From Eledone cirrhosa (lineage: Eukaryota), in assembly GCA_964016885.1 (NCBI GenBank), contig OZ024743.1, forward strand, positions 22,134,001-22,198,000: a stretch of 64,000 bases of DNA. Reading direction: 5' to 3'. Below, in pieces: positions 15,001-27,513 of the stretch (position 1 is the first letter of the stretch; each line of letters begins with the position of its first letter). Made by a program: the position numbers and the translations under genes. Under the pieces are notes generated by a model. The model did not search any database. It had not been told where the DNA came from and saw only the letters and a list, made by a program, of their open reading frames with translations.

Positions 15001-15771
15001 GTTGTTGTCCTTATAGTTGTTGTTGTTGTTTACTTTTGCATTCCAACGTATTTTTGTGAAACACTTTTCCAGCTCCGTTTTGCACTCGATAGGATTAATC
15101 TTTTTGTAGATGGCAAATTTTGGTGGTAGCCATAGGATTTGTTGTTCTTGTTCACTGATTAAAGTGTCCCCAGAAATATTTACTGTGTGGTCATTGGTAA
15201 ATTCTTCCGGTAGTGCTACGTCAGTCATATGGATATTGTCGATGTTAGCAGGGTATTTTTGTGAATATTCTATTTTTCTTTCTTCTAGTTTTTTCTTATT
15301 CATCCATTCTAATTTCTTATTAAAATGCCTATTGCATTCGTTTCGGGCGTATTTCGTTTCACATAGAATGTCGCTCATGAGTTCATCCATCTCGTTTGGT
15401 GTGGTGAGATTTCGAACTTCATTACCGTTAATGCGTTTCTCTCTGTAAATTTCTTTAACTTTTGTGTATGTTGTTCTTTTCATATTAACTGTTATTGTTT
15501 GTTTTAGTCGTTCAGCTTGTGTTTTGTTTAATAATAAATTATTTACTTGTTTTGATATGTTTGTTGTGTATATTTTGAAGGAAACACAGTGTTTTAAGAA
15601 GCGGATTTGTTCTGTTGTTATTGTAGTTTTTATATAACAGAAAACAGTGTCTTTCAATAACCTTTCAGCTTGGCACAAGCTAATGCCATAACGGCGATGA
15701 ATTAGTTTTGCGAGGTTTTTGATATGAAATAGTGTGTCAAAACAAATATTGTTATACTTGGGGAGGGTCAT
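12065..15771 (-). pseudogene. PLE-2 polyprotein (N-terminal domain, RT, Cys linker, GIY-YIG), disrupted
   Basis: LPPKFAIY, LPFNKRV, PTDKSGR, GLRKDHK, RPVCGA, MDVVSLYPSI, QIEGAAIG, YSR*VDDI, CNNRKCIIC, VVYSIRC..YIGETARS; several frameshifts and stops. Confidence 0.9.
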
Positions 15772-16923
15772 ATTTGTGTAATAATATTGCCAGAATTAAT
15801 AACAGAACACACTCACTGTTTGGTTGGTTTTCGCTTCTGTGTCTTTTATATCGGTTAATTTAATTTATTCGGTCCTCAATATTTACCATTGACTGACCAA
15901 CGGTCAAAAATACAGATATAATATAGACACAAACAGATACATATAGTCTAACAAAGTTCTTTCGTTGCACACCTGCAACATCGTCAGTGGTGCTATTATT
16001 TTTCCTCCTGTTGTATTGTATGCCTACGCCATCTTTATTTAGTCTGTTTATTTATATATTTATTTATTTTTGTCTTCTTCTCTGCGCATGCGTTTGCGTG
16101 TGTGTATAGTGTTTGGTGACTGTGTATTGGTTATTGTATTCTATCTTAGTTTACTAGTGTGTGTTTATATGTGTTTGTTGTTATTGTGCTTGTGTATGTA
16201 TTTATTTATTTATACTTCTCTTAGGTCAGTATTGTTTGTTTGGGTGTTGTTGTTATTCCATTCATTTTTTCTGTTTAGCCCTGGCCTTCTAAGTTCTATT
16301 TCACTGGCCTCTCTGTTTTGCCTGTCTGCTGGGTCATTTCTATGTTTAGATATTATTTTAATTTCTATGTAGTCTATGTTACCGTCGTGTTGTTGTCTGG
16401 CATGTTCGTATAGTACTGAACCGTTTTTTCGTCCTTTTAGGATAGACCAATACTGGGGGGAACTAAAAGGACGAAAAAACGGAGTTCAGTACTATACGAA
16501 CATGCCAGACAACAACACGACGGTAACATAGACAACATAGAAATTAAAATAATATCTAAACATAGAAATGACCCAGGAGATAGGCAAATCAGAGAGGCCA
16601 GCGAAATAGAACTTAGAATTCCAGGGCTAAACAGAAAAAATGAATGGAATAACAACAACACCCAAACAAACAATACTGACCTAAGAGAAGTATAAATAAT
16701 AAAAATAAATAAATACATACACAAGCACAATAACAACAAACACATATAAACACACACTAGTAAACTAAGATAGAATACAATAACCAATACACACTCACCC
16801 AAACACTATACACACACGCAAACGCATGCGCAGAGAAGAAGACAAAAATAAATAAATATATAAATAAACAGACTAAATAAAGATGGCGTAGGCATACAAT
16901 ACAACAGGAGGAAACATAATATC

Positions 16924-16965
16924 ACCACTGACGATGTTGCAGATGTGCAACGAAAGAACTTTGTT
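16924..16965 (+). ncRNA. Minimal hammerhead motif in the PLE-2 pLTR (also minus-strand copies 15950-15991 and 11789-11830)
   Basis: acca-CTGACGA-tGTTGCA gatg TGCAAC-GAAA-GAAC-TT-tgtt; stem I weak; the 11789 copy has a mutated core (CTGACTA). Confidence 0.6.
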
Positions 16966-17209
16966 AGACTATATATATCTGTTTGTGTCTATATTATATC
17001 TGTATTTTTGACCGTTGGTCAGTCAATGGTAAATATTGAGGACCGAATAAATTAAATTAACCGATATAAAAGACACAGAAGCGAAAACCAACCAAACAGT
17101 GAGTGTGTTCTGTTATTAATTCTGGCAATATTATTACACAAATATGACCCTCCCCAAGTATAACAATATTTGTTTCGACACACGATTTCATATAAAAAAC
17201 CTCACAAAA

Positions 17210-17268
<59 letters not shown>

Positions 17269-17921
17269 CAATTTGTAGCAATTTGTAGAAAAAAAGCAAA
17301 TTTTTACAAATTTCATACTTGACGATCCAATATATATATATATATATTTAAAAGAATAGAGGTGTAATACACGAGTTGTGATGTATAAAGGAAAAGAAAA
17401 TGCTGACAAATTGTTCCCAGTGAAAAATAGTTTAATTAGGAATAAGTAAAAATTAGTAATAAGTATTGGTTAATATTCAGTTTTAGTTTTAAGTTTTTAC
17501 CGGTTGCGCATTTCTAATGCTTTTCAAAAATAATTTTGAGATAGAGCGCCCGTGATGTTTGCTCTAATCTGATTAGTTTTGGAAATTCTACCTGTTTTAT
17601 GTGAAAAAAGTGGCTCCAGAGGTATTAAAATAAGTTTCGTGCCAATTCGTATTGCAAAAATTCTTGTTGTCAAAACAATTTTGATTGGTCGGTAGAGGTC
17701 ACGTGAATGTTAAAAATTGATTTTGCGCCAAATGTAGGTTTGTCGAAGAGTGTCCTTTTTCGCCTGATTGAGAAGTCACCGAAAAATAAGTATTTTAAGA
17801 CAAATATGTGTGTGTGTGTGTGTAGTAAAGAGGTTCATTGTTGTGATAATGGTCAGTAGGGATGTGTGTGTGAATTGCAGTCATGTTGAAAGGTCAACAG
17901 TTCAGGTGCCTATTAAGACAA

Positions 17922-17977
<56 letters not shown>

Positions 17978-18585
17978 CTCTTTGTATGTTAGTGTACGCG
18001 TGTGTTTGTGTGTGTGTATATATGTATGTGTGTGTATATGTGTGTGGGTGGACCAGTATTTTTGTGATACTGGTAAAAATGGTGTACATTATTCGATATT
18101 TTCAGCAAAAACGATTCTCTCAAGAGAACATCAAAAACATTAATAATAAAAGGTGTGAAACCTACATTTGGCGCAAAATCAATTTTTAACATTCACGTGA
18201 CCTCTACCGACCAATCAAAATTGTTTTGACTACAAGAATTTTTGCAACATGAATTGGCGCGAAACTTAATTTTATACCTCTGGAGCCACTTTTTTCACAT
18301 AAAACAGGTAGAATTTCCAAAACTAATCAGATTAGAGCAAACATCACGGGCGCTCTATCTCAAGATTATTTTTGAAAAGCATTAGAAATGCACAACCGGT
18401 AAAAACTTAAAACTAAAACTGAATATTAACCAATACTTATTACTAATTTTTACTTATTTCTAATTAAACTATTTTTCACTGGGAACAATTTGTCAGCATT
18501 TTCTTTTCCTTTTACCAATATATCACAACTCGTGTGTTACACCTCTATTCTTTTAAATATCATATCCTCACACGAAATACAGAAA

Positions 18586-19899
18586 ATGCCAACAAAAACA
18601 GATACAACCCTCATCAACTCAAATGAAGTGATTCTACAGGAACTCAAGAAAATTAACACCAACCTATCTGTGCTGCTCGACAAACTTGACTCCACAAATG
18701 AGGAAACCGTCACCGGATACAAACCCTCCGAAATCGGCGATAAACTTCAAAACCTTTGCGATACTATCCAAACTATGTTCACTACTACCAACCCAGGAAA
18801 AACCAACGAAGAACCATGTGAGATTGATTCATACAAAATGAAAATTCGAACAATTCCAAAATGGAACAAATCCCTCAGAGACAGAAAGTTTTCATTCTGG
18901 AAGATGATACAAAATCACAACAAAGTGGAGATATATGAAAAATGGCTTAACTCAACCCCTCTAACTCTCCCCCGTAAAATACAAATAAAGTCCATTCCAA
19001 ATGAACCCGAACCTCAAAGACACCTTAGGGAAAGAATGACATTGGAAAAAATAAAGACAGAAATTGAACTTCTTAAATTGAGGGCCCAGACTAATGAGGA
19101 AAAAATCAAAACCATCGATGAAGAGATCCTCCTGGAAATCAACAATAAGACTGAAGGCCCCAAGGTAGAGAAGATCTCTAAATTATGGAAAGGGGACTGC
19201 AACAGAGAAGAACTGAAATCCATTCAACGCTGGGGAAAAAGTGCCGCTTGGTTCCTAAACTATGAATCGACTTTTCAAACGGATTACACCTCCAATAACC
19301 CGTTCATAAAAAATAGGAAAACCCATAACCGAACCGCACAACTTCGCACCCCCCCCCCCCCAACCACTAACAAAAGAAGAAGGAAGCACCACACCGAAGA
19401 TGAACTTCCCAACCTCGCTTCCATAAGAAGGAACAAAAAACCTAGAAATCATCACCCCCAGAATGACATTTACAACTTTCCCCCTTCAAGGAGACACCAT
19501 ACCAAATCACTCAACTACTACGCGGATGCCTCATCGTCAAACATAGGGAAAATATACCACCACCATGATAGATGTAACAACTTCCCCGCTTCAAGAGGAC
19601 AGCAAGGTAATTTCCATTTTCTCAACTCTCGTTTCCACAATACACAACAAACCCACACCACACGATACAACCAACAACGTAGGCCACCTATAACACCACA
19701 ATCCAACATGGCACATAGAAACACACATCCATACTCGCAATACAGGAACACCCCATTCAATCCACAACCACGAACCCGAACCACATTTTACAACAACAAA
19801 GAATATAACAAACACAGGAGACCACTTAACATCAGCAGACAACCCCTCTACCCCAACCATTTTTTAGACACAGCACACAGATACAGGCAAACAAAATAA
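18586..19899 (+). CDS. PLE-3 ORF1: helical/coiled-coil-like N-terminal half with a basic, disordered R/H/N/P-rich C-terminus
   Basis: Uninterrupted frame from ATG 18586 to TAA 19899, directly upstream of the RT frame. Confidence 0.7.
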   Translation: MPTKTDTTLINSNEVILQELKKINTNLSVLLDKLDSTNEETVTGYKPSEIGDKLQNLCDTIQTMFTTTNPGKTNEEPCEIDSYKMKIRTIPKWNKSLRDRKFSFWKMIQNHNKVEIYEKWLNSTPLTLPRKIQIKSIPNEPEPQRHLRERMTLEKIKTEIELLKLRAQTNEEKIKTIDEEILLEINNKTEGPKVEKISKLWKGDCNREELKSIQRWGKSAAWFLNYESTFQTDYTSNNPFIKNRKTHNRTAQLRTPPPPTTNKRRRKHHTEDELPNLASIRRNKKPRNHHPQNDIYNFPPSRRHHTKSLNYYADASSSNIGKIYHHHDRCNNFPASRGQQGNFHFLNSRFHNTQQTHTTRYNQQRRPPITPQSNMAHRNTHPYSQYRNTPFNPQPRTRTTFYNNKEYNKHRRPLNISRQPLYPNHFLDTAHRYRQTK

Positions 19900-22186
19900 C
19901 ACAAGACAGGGAGGAGAAACCGAGAGTAATAAAAATTATCAATCTAACTAGTGCAGAACCAACACCCAACCTTATCAACTTACTATCCAAAGGTCTTAAA
20001 TTCACACCTACCCCACTACGTCCTAACTACTATGAAATGAAGGAAGACATCACAGACTTCTGTAGAAAGTTACGACTCAGTGAACAACTATTCGACCAGT
20101 AGAATGAGGATGAATCATTAGCCAGAAATAGAAGCAACTACACCCCATCAAAAGGTAGAAATAAAATCATGGACGAATTCTGTGAACACATCACAAACTT
20201 CCCTTACCAACATTTGCACAGACAAAAACACAAGCCAAACCTCAACAAGAAAGAATGGGAAGAATTAAATAGATTAAAAACCGACAGAACCATTACAATT
20301 AAAGAGGCTGATAAAGGGAGTACAGTAGTCCTAATGGAGAAAGAATTCTATATCAACTTAGCGCTCTCCACTTTGGAAAACGAAACATACTACGAAAAGG
20401 CTGAACACTACAATCAACAGAAAATTATGAGAAACCTAAAAACTCTGATCAACCAATACAAAGAAGGACTCACTAACAAGGAATTCAGCTTCATCACAGA
20501 CTTCACAAGTAAATCCAGCCTTTTCTACGGTATCCCTAAAGTACATAAAAGCGAATTAATAAGTAAGGCATGCAAGGAAGCCACAGACATAGTCATCAAT
20601 GTCCCCTCACCCAATGATCTTAAATTAAGACCTATAATAGCAGGCCCCGTTTGCGAAACCCACCGCCTTAGCAACTTCATTGATACCCTTCTCAAGCCTT
20701 TTCTCAAACACATCAAAAGCTATATAAGGGACGACCTAGATATGCTCAATCACCTCCCTAATATGCGCCTTTCTGAACAAACCCTACTAGTGATGTTCGA
20801 TGTAGTCAACCTATACTCCAACATCCCCCACAACCTAGGAATAGAAGCTATCCAATTCTGGCTGGATAATTATCACAATGAACTTCCACAACGCATCAAA
20901 AAAGAATTCGTGATAGAGGGACTCAAATTTATCTTGGAGAACAATTACTTCGTTTTCAATAACAAATCCTACAGGCAGAAATCTGGGACCGCTATGGGAA
21001 CGAAAACAGCCCCCACTTATGCCAACCTAGTCATGGGATACCTGGAAATCACCCTCTACACTAAAGTACGAAACAAATTTGGAAACACTCTCCACTTACA
21101 CATAGAAAAGAACTGGAAGCGATATCTAGATGACTGCTTCGTCCTTTGGCACGAAAACATCGAGAAACTTAAAGAATTTCACACCCTTATAAATGGGCTC
21201 AACACGAATATTAACTTTACGATGGAATACAGCCATCAGCAACTCCCCTTCCTCGACATCCTCATTAAGATTCATAACAAAAAAATAGAAACAGACATAT
21301 ACTACAAGCCCACAGACTCCAAGCAATATCTTCCTTTCAACTCTTGCCACCCTAGACACGTTAAAATTAATATTCCCTATAACTTAGCCAAGATAATCTG
21401 TACTATAGTCTCCAATAAAAACACCTGTTACTTACAGCTACAAGAACTAAAGGACACACTCATAGGCAGGGACTACCCTGCATCACTAATTGACAATGGA
21501 ATCCAACGTGCCCTAAAACTCAGTACCTAGGACCTTAGACACCCTAAAGTAAATCAACCGAAACTAAAAGCTCTTCCATACACCTCCACACACAACGCCC
21601 TCAACAATGAGGCCTTTGCCACCATCCTCCAGAACATCCCTGTGTTAAAAAAGGACCATAGAATGAACCAAATCCTTCGAACACACGATATCATAAAGAT
21701 CAAAAGACAATCTAAGTCAATGAAAAACATCCTAACACATGCCAAAGTACTGCCAACTACAACAGCGAAACCCACAGTAAAAAAAAATGCGATAGACCCA
21801 ACTGTGGCATTTGCATCAACCTAATAGAGGGTTCGGAATTCTATATCAAAGAAGGACAACGTTTTATAGTAAAACACAATTTCACATGCGCATCAGAAAA
21901 TCTAATATATGTATTAACTTGCTCAGGTTGTCGAGAACAATACATAGGCCAGACGAAAAACAGCCTCCGCCAACACATGACTGTCCATAGATCCCAAATT
22001 AAAATACGGGAATACAGGAAAATACCACTGAGTGAACACATTGATACCTGTGCCACCCAAAATCATCCCAACTTCAGAATCTTTCCCCTCTACAAATTTA
22101 AAGATAATGCCACCCACACCCAGCGCATCAGCAAGGAATCTCACTTTATTAACAAATACGGACCCCGTCTAAACACTTCTCCCTAA
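19863..22186 (+). pseudogene. PLE-3 ORF2: reverse transcriptase, CxxxxCxxC linker, GIY-YIG endonuclease
   Basis: INLTS..LLSKGLKFTPTP, IKEADKGS, YGIPKVHK, RPIIAG, FDVVNLYSNI, GTAMGT, RYLDDCF, KCDRPNCGIC, LIYVLTC..YIGQT; premature TAG at 20100 and 21528, A-run frameshift at ~21785. Confidence 0.92.
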
Positions 22187-22639
22187 GACGAACCCACAAC
22201 ATGCACACGTAAACATACATACCTACATCAGCATACATCCTACATACATCTCTATCCACATATAAACACAATGACATACGTAAACACACATGTTCTGTGG
22301 TGCAACCAACACAAATATACACAAATTTGCATACCTTTTGATGTCTATAGATATAAACGTGCCGACACACACATATACGCACACATGCATTGCACACTGA
22401 TGGGCACATACATATTTGTACACAAGTATTCCAATACGGCAGGGCCTAATGGATTCCCCTTGCAGTACGTACAATCTGGACACTCACACACACCTTGGTG
22501 TTATGACAATACTATACATCATTTCACACCTTTTATTATTAATGTTTTTGAAGTTCTCTTGAGAGAATCGTTTTTGCTGAAAGTATCGAATAATGTACAC
22601 CATTTTTACCAGTATCACAAAAATACTGGTCCACCCACA

Positions 22640-22685
<46 letters not shown>

Positions 22686-22742
22686 CACACACACACACAT
22701 ATATACACACACACACGCGTACATTAACATACAAAGAGACAT

Positions 22743-22775
<33 letters not shown>

Positions 22776-22801
22776 TACACACGCGTACACTAACATACAA
22801 A

Positions 22802-22858
<57 letters not shown>

Positions 22859-23346
22859 ACACATATTTGTCTTAATAGGCACCTGAACTGTTGACCTTTC
22901 AACATGACTTCAGTTCACACACACATCCCTACTGACCATTATCACAACAATGAACCTCTTTCCTACACACACACATATTTGTCTTAAAATACTTATTTTT
23001 CAGTGACTTCTCAATCAGGCGAAAAAGGACACTCTTCGACAAACTTACATTTGGCGCAAAATCAATTTTTAACATTCACATGACTTCTACCGACCAATCA
23101 AAATTGTTTTGATCACAAGAATTTTTGCAACACGAATTGGCGCGAAACTTATTTTAATACCTCTTAGAGCAAACATCACGAGCGCTCTATCTCAAAATTA
23201 TTTTTGAAAAGCCTTAGAAATGCGCAACCGGTAAAAACTTAAAACTAAAACTGAATACTAACCAATATTTATTACTAATTTTTACTTATTCTTAATTAAA
23301 CTATTTTTCACTGGGAACAATTTGTCAGCATTTTCTTTTCCTTTAA

Positions 23347-23417
<71 letters not shown>

Positions 23418-23569
23418 CTGACGATTTCTCACGAACTATATTAAAACTTTTATACTCTGCTATGTATTGAGTACCTTACTTACTGTGGTTACCTCCGATT
23501 CAATCCGGAATAACTTATATATATATGTTTGTATATATATATAAATATATGAATAATATAGTTAAGAGT

Positions 23570-23900
23570 TAACTGGCTCTCCCTCGGTTACGACGACGAC
23601 TGTTCCAGTTGAAATGATCAACGGAACAGCCTGCTCGTGAATTTAACGTGCAAGTCACCGAGCATTCCGCAGACACGCATATCATTAGCGCAGTTCTCTG
23701 GAAAATTCAACGTGATACATAAGGGGATAAAACTGGACTTTCGAATTAAAAGATACAACTCATTTTTGCTCGCTGGGTGGACTGGAGCAATATGAAATAA
23801 ATTGTCTTTCTCACGGATACATCGTGTCGCCGGGAATCGAACTCAAAACATTACGATCGTGAGCCGTATATCTTAACTACTGAGCCACGTACCTTCACTG
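23570..23900 (-). mobile_element. tRNA-derived SINE (Octopus OR-like); related plus-strand copy at ~54575-54830
   Basis: Minus strand begins ggctcagtagttaag...gagttcgattcccggcga (A/B-box-like) followed by a CORE-like body. Confidence 0.65.
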
Positions 23901-24217
23901 TGTGATTGTATTTTTTCCGTTTATTTCACTTTGTTGTACCAGTGATCTCTTCCTTTTGAAAAGATCTTTTGATCGAAAATTCGAACAATGGATAAAGATA
24001 TGTTGTTTTTCTAATGCACTGCTTTGGTCTCCAAATCTATTAGTCTATCTGTTTGTCTAACTTTTATCTATTAGAGAGTATATTTAATTTGCTTCATATA
24101 GAACTAACTTCGTCAGAAATACTACTGTTTTATTTAGTGGTGATTTCATCAGAAAGTTCACTGAGTGGAACAGTATTAGTCCTGTAGAAGTCACTTCTTT
24201 AACGTATAATATATGCC

Positions 24218-24264
<47 letters not shown>

Positions 24265-24291
24265 TGCATACATATATTATAAGTTAAAGAA

Positions 24292-24343
<52 letters not shown>

Positions 24344-24521
24344 TGGTTAGATTACTAATAGGTAGATCCAATCACTTCGATTAGTAGATCATGATGCAAT
24401 TAGCAAAAGCACTCGACACTGGGAGTATCTGCCATCATACGCGTGGCAACATGAACGGAGTTAAATACATCAATAAAAATACAAAAAGGCCTGATTCCAA
24501 TATTTTCCTTTTATAATTCAT

Positions 24522-24606
24522 AATTGTATAATACATATTTCTATGGCCGGATTTACGTCATGGTGTGTCTACGTAAGCCTGCCATAGAAACACGTATTAT
24601 ATAATT
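24522..24606. repeat. Fold-back hairpin centred on a hammerhead-like stem II
   Basis: aattgtataatacatatttctatggc ... gccatagaaacacgtattatataatt; right arm reads stem-GAAA-CACG-TA. Confidence 0.55.
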
Positions 24607-24655
24607 GTGTTACATTAAAGGAAGATATTTGAATTTTGGCTTATTGTATTTTCAT

Positions 24656-24725
<70 letters not shown>

Positions 24726-24731
24726 TATATA

Positions 24732-24929
24732 TAACGAAGGAAGTGTGGTAAGGAACCAGATGGACCATAACGCACCAGAGTACTCAATACTTAGGGTAGT
24801 AGAGTGGGTAATAGGAAAATGTTTAACCCCAACGGCAGAGCTGAAGCCGTTTCGACGGCTATTTCTGCTATCTAGAAATAGCCGTCGAAACGGCTTGAGC
24901 TCTGCCGTCGGGGTTAAACACTTTCCTAT
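24732..24929. mobile_element. Fold-back mini-element in (TA)n; non-fold-back relative at 25473-25630
   Basis: Near-perfect palindrome 24811-24929; right arm reads GCCGTC-GAAA-CGGC ttgagctct GCCG-TC (hammerhead 3' half). Confidence 0.75.
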
Positions 24930-24957
24930 ATATATACTGTATACATTGTGTGTGTGC

Positions 24958-25029
<72 letters not shown>

Positions 25030-25387
25030 GTGTGTGTGTGTGTGTGTTTATACCATGTGAACAAGAAAGCCAAGCTTAAAACGTTTCCATGGTTTAATCC
25101 ATCGAAATGGTGGTTTACATGTAATAAATAATACCTAGACTCTACTTTCATTAAAGTATCAACTACCAAGGTTGCGATTACTAAATTGAATAATGGTCCT
25201 ACTAGTCATTTTAACTAGTAATGCCTCATATTTTCTCTGTTACTGTCTGTCTCTTTCTTTTATATATATATATGTGTATATATATATATATGTGTTTGTG
25301 TGTGTGTATGTACTAATATATAGATTTTTTTATTCGTCCTGCCTTGTTTTCTTTCGTTATCTTCTCTTTCAGAATTATCCTAATTTT

Positions 25388-25476
<89 letters not shown>

Positions 25477-26554
25477 CGAAGGAAATGTGGTAAGGAACCA
25501 GGTGGACCATAACGCACCAAAGTACTCAATACTTGGGGTAGTAGAGTGGGTAATAGGAACCAGTAAGACCCCGACGGCTGAGCTCAAGCCGTTTCGACGG
25601 CTAATTCTGTTGTTTCACATAGAACTAACTATATATATATAAAACATTAAATTAGGATAATTCTGAAAGAGAAGATAACGAAAGAAAACAAGGCAGGACG
25701 AATAAAAAAATCCTTTTAAAGGGGGAACCTTAACATTTTTTTTGTTTTTACATTTTTTCAAAATATAAAGACAAACGAAAGACATAGATCTCCAAGGTAT
25801 TCAACCGTTGAGATGCAATTAGGCAGTTTCGACCCCTTCCAACGGTACAGCTAGTCCGCCCAAAAGGCCGTCCGTGGAGTAAAAGACAAGACAAAATAAT
25901 AACTTAGAGTATTTAATCTATTGCAGGTACTCGTGGAATTTTATGTGACGATTAGGAAAAGGTATTGTGATTTTTATAGACTGAAAAAAAAAAAAGGAAA
26001 AAAAAAAGGAAAAATAAAAAGATAGGAAAAAAGGAAAGAACAAAGTAAGATATCTGGTTAAAAAATGTAATCCATTGAAATTATTGGAGAAGAATGAACA
26101 CGTTCGTCACAGATTAATAATAATAAAAGTAAGATAATTGATAAAGAGACGACAACGAACGAAAAATATTTTAATGGGAAAACCATTAAAAGTATCGTTA
26201 TTTTCCTAGTTTCAGTCAGTGGGTGATATTTCTGATGTCTGACACAGTAGGATGCCCTAGTGCTCTTTAAAGTGTGGCGTCTTTTTCAGTAGAATATTGA
26301 AAATCTCTCCTCGTTAGATCTCTAAGCTATTTCAGTTCGTTTCCATTCTAGAAGCCCATCTGGCCGCAGTCCATTATGGTTTCAGGAGGCTCTGAGTGAC
26401 TGAAAGTAAAACGACGGTTGTCTGAACAAGACAGCAGTGCATCGCTGCTGGTGATACTTATTTTTTCAGCTGAGTAGACTGAAGGAGAGATAAAGTGCTG
26501 TACTAAAGAATACTATATATATATATACAGATAACTGTATATATATATATATCC

Positions 26555-27128
26555 ATGTGCAACCTGCAGTATTCTTCTCCCCATTTTTTCACATATATTT
26601 ACCTGAACTGCGATTCTGTTTTTCTCTCTCTCTCTCTCTTACTGCTCCCTCGTTCTCTCTGTTTCTCTTACTTTCTTTCGCCCCCTCTGTCATGTCAGTT
26701 AACACTTTCTCTCTACTGATCTCTTCCTCACACTTCCACTCACTCACTCACTGTTTCTCCCCTTCTCACTTCACCCCGTTCGCGACGAAAACAATTTCCT
26801 TCTTTCTTACATTTGGATTCATCTCGAAAGGTCTTTTTTCTACGCGCTCATATATTCACCCAGCTTATGCTGACAGAATAACTTTGTAGCTTGTGCCCTT
26901 CCTATCTACGGTTAGCTTTCCTCTTTGTTGTTTACTTGTCTCACTCGCTTTACGCGTTTTAATTGTCCTAATAACTTAATTTAGTTATTATTGCACCAAC
27001 GTGAGGTATATGATTTTTAATGCAATGAAATATCTATGATCGTTGGCAAATCACTGATGAGGGACTCATTTTATAACATGTTATCCATGTGCAACCTGCA
27101 GTATTCTTCTCCCCATTTTTTCACATAT
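26555..27128 (+). mobile_element. Repeat family B copy with ~45-bp terminal direct repeat
   Basis: atccatgtgcaacctgcagtattcttctccccattttttcacatat at both 26551-26596 and 27083-27128. Confidence 0.7.
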
Positions 27129-27141
27129 ATAAATATATATA

Positions 27142-27513
27142 CAGTTGTCTCCCGGTTATTCGCGAGGATAACGTTGCTAGAGCAGCCGCGAAGAGTGTAA
27201 ACCGCGAATATTAGAACACGTCCAGAAAAATGCCTATAAACGTCAAAATATAACGTAAAATATAATAAAAAAGGAGGGTGCGTCTTATTCGAAGGGGTGT
27301 CCAATAGGCCGGCAAATATGGTATATTGTTATTAATAATTTAGCGTTAAAATATATATTGCAACGAAAAAAGCTATCAAAACATCGCGGAAGATATTTAC
27401 GATTCCATGAATATGTGGCGGTTTCCACGAACAATTATTAGTTAGGTTCTTAGAAAAATGCGCGAATACCCGGGACCGCAAATGTCGGGGTCGCGAATGC
27501 CGGGGGTACACTG
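27142..27513. mobile_element. Tc1/mariner (pogo/Tigger-type) MITE
   Basis: Imperfect TIRs cagttgtctcccggttattcgcga / tcgcgaatgccgggggtacactg flanked by TA. Confidence 0.65.

Larger units (their letters stand above)
11588..17213 (-). mobile_element. Full-length, decayed Penelope-like element (PLE-2, possibly Nematis-like) with 3' pLTR, 5' pLTR and inverted pLTR
   Basis: 11588-12292 directly repeated at 15749-16437 and inverted at 16440-17213; RT and GIY-YIG motifs between; both outer ends in (TA)n. Confidence 0.92.
17345..23350 (+). mobile_element. Full-length Penelope-like element (PLE-3, Neptune-like) with inverted 5' pLTR
   Basis: 17345-18157 is the reverse complement of 22523-23350 plus a short extension; 18158-18520 directly repeats 23040-23350; RT and EN between; ends in (TA)n. 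Confidence 0.93.

Noticed and set aside
14503-15129. Hydrophobic 208-aa 'membrane protein' ORF on the plus strand
   Set aside because: Antisense reading of the Asn-rich tract of PLE-2
20100-21530. In-frame stops in PLE-3 ORF2 as recoding (selenocysteine/readthrough)
   Set aside because: Both are TAG, not TGA, and each is one substitution from a sense codon in a copy that also has a frameshift; ordinary decay is the simpler explanation
22995-23045. Hammerhead in the PLE-3 pLTR
   Set aside because: Only GAAA/stem III/UC-like part is visible; the CUGANGA box is not recognisable in either copy (cagtgac/cggtgac), so it was not called
23800-23900. tRNA gene
   Set aside because: tRNA-like head continues into a SINE body; no complete cloverleaf
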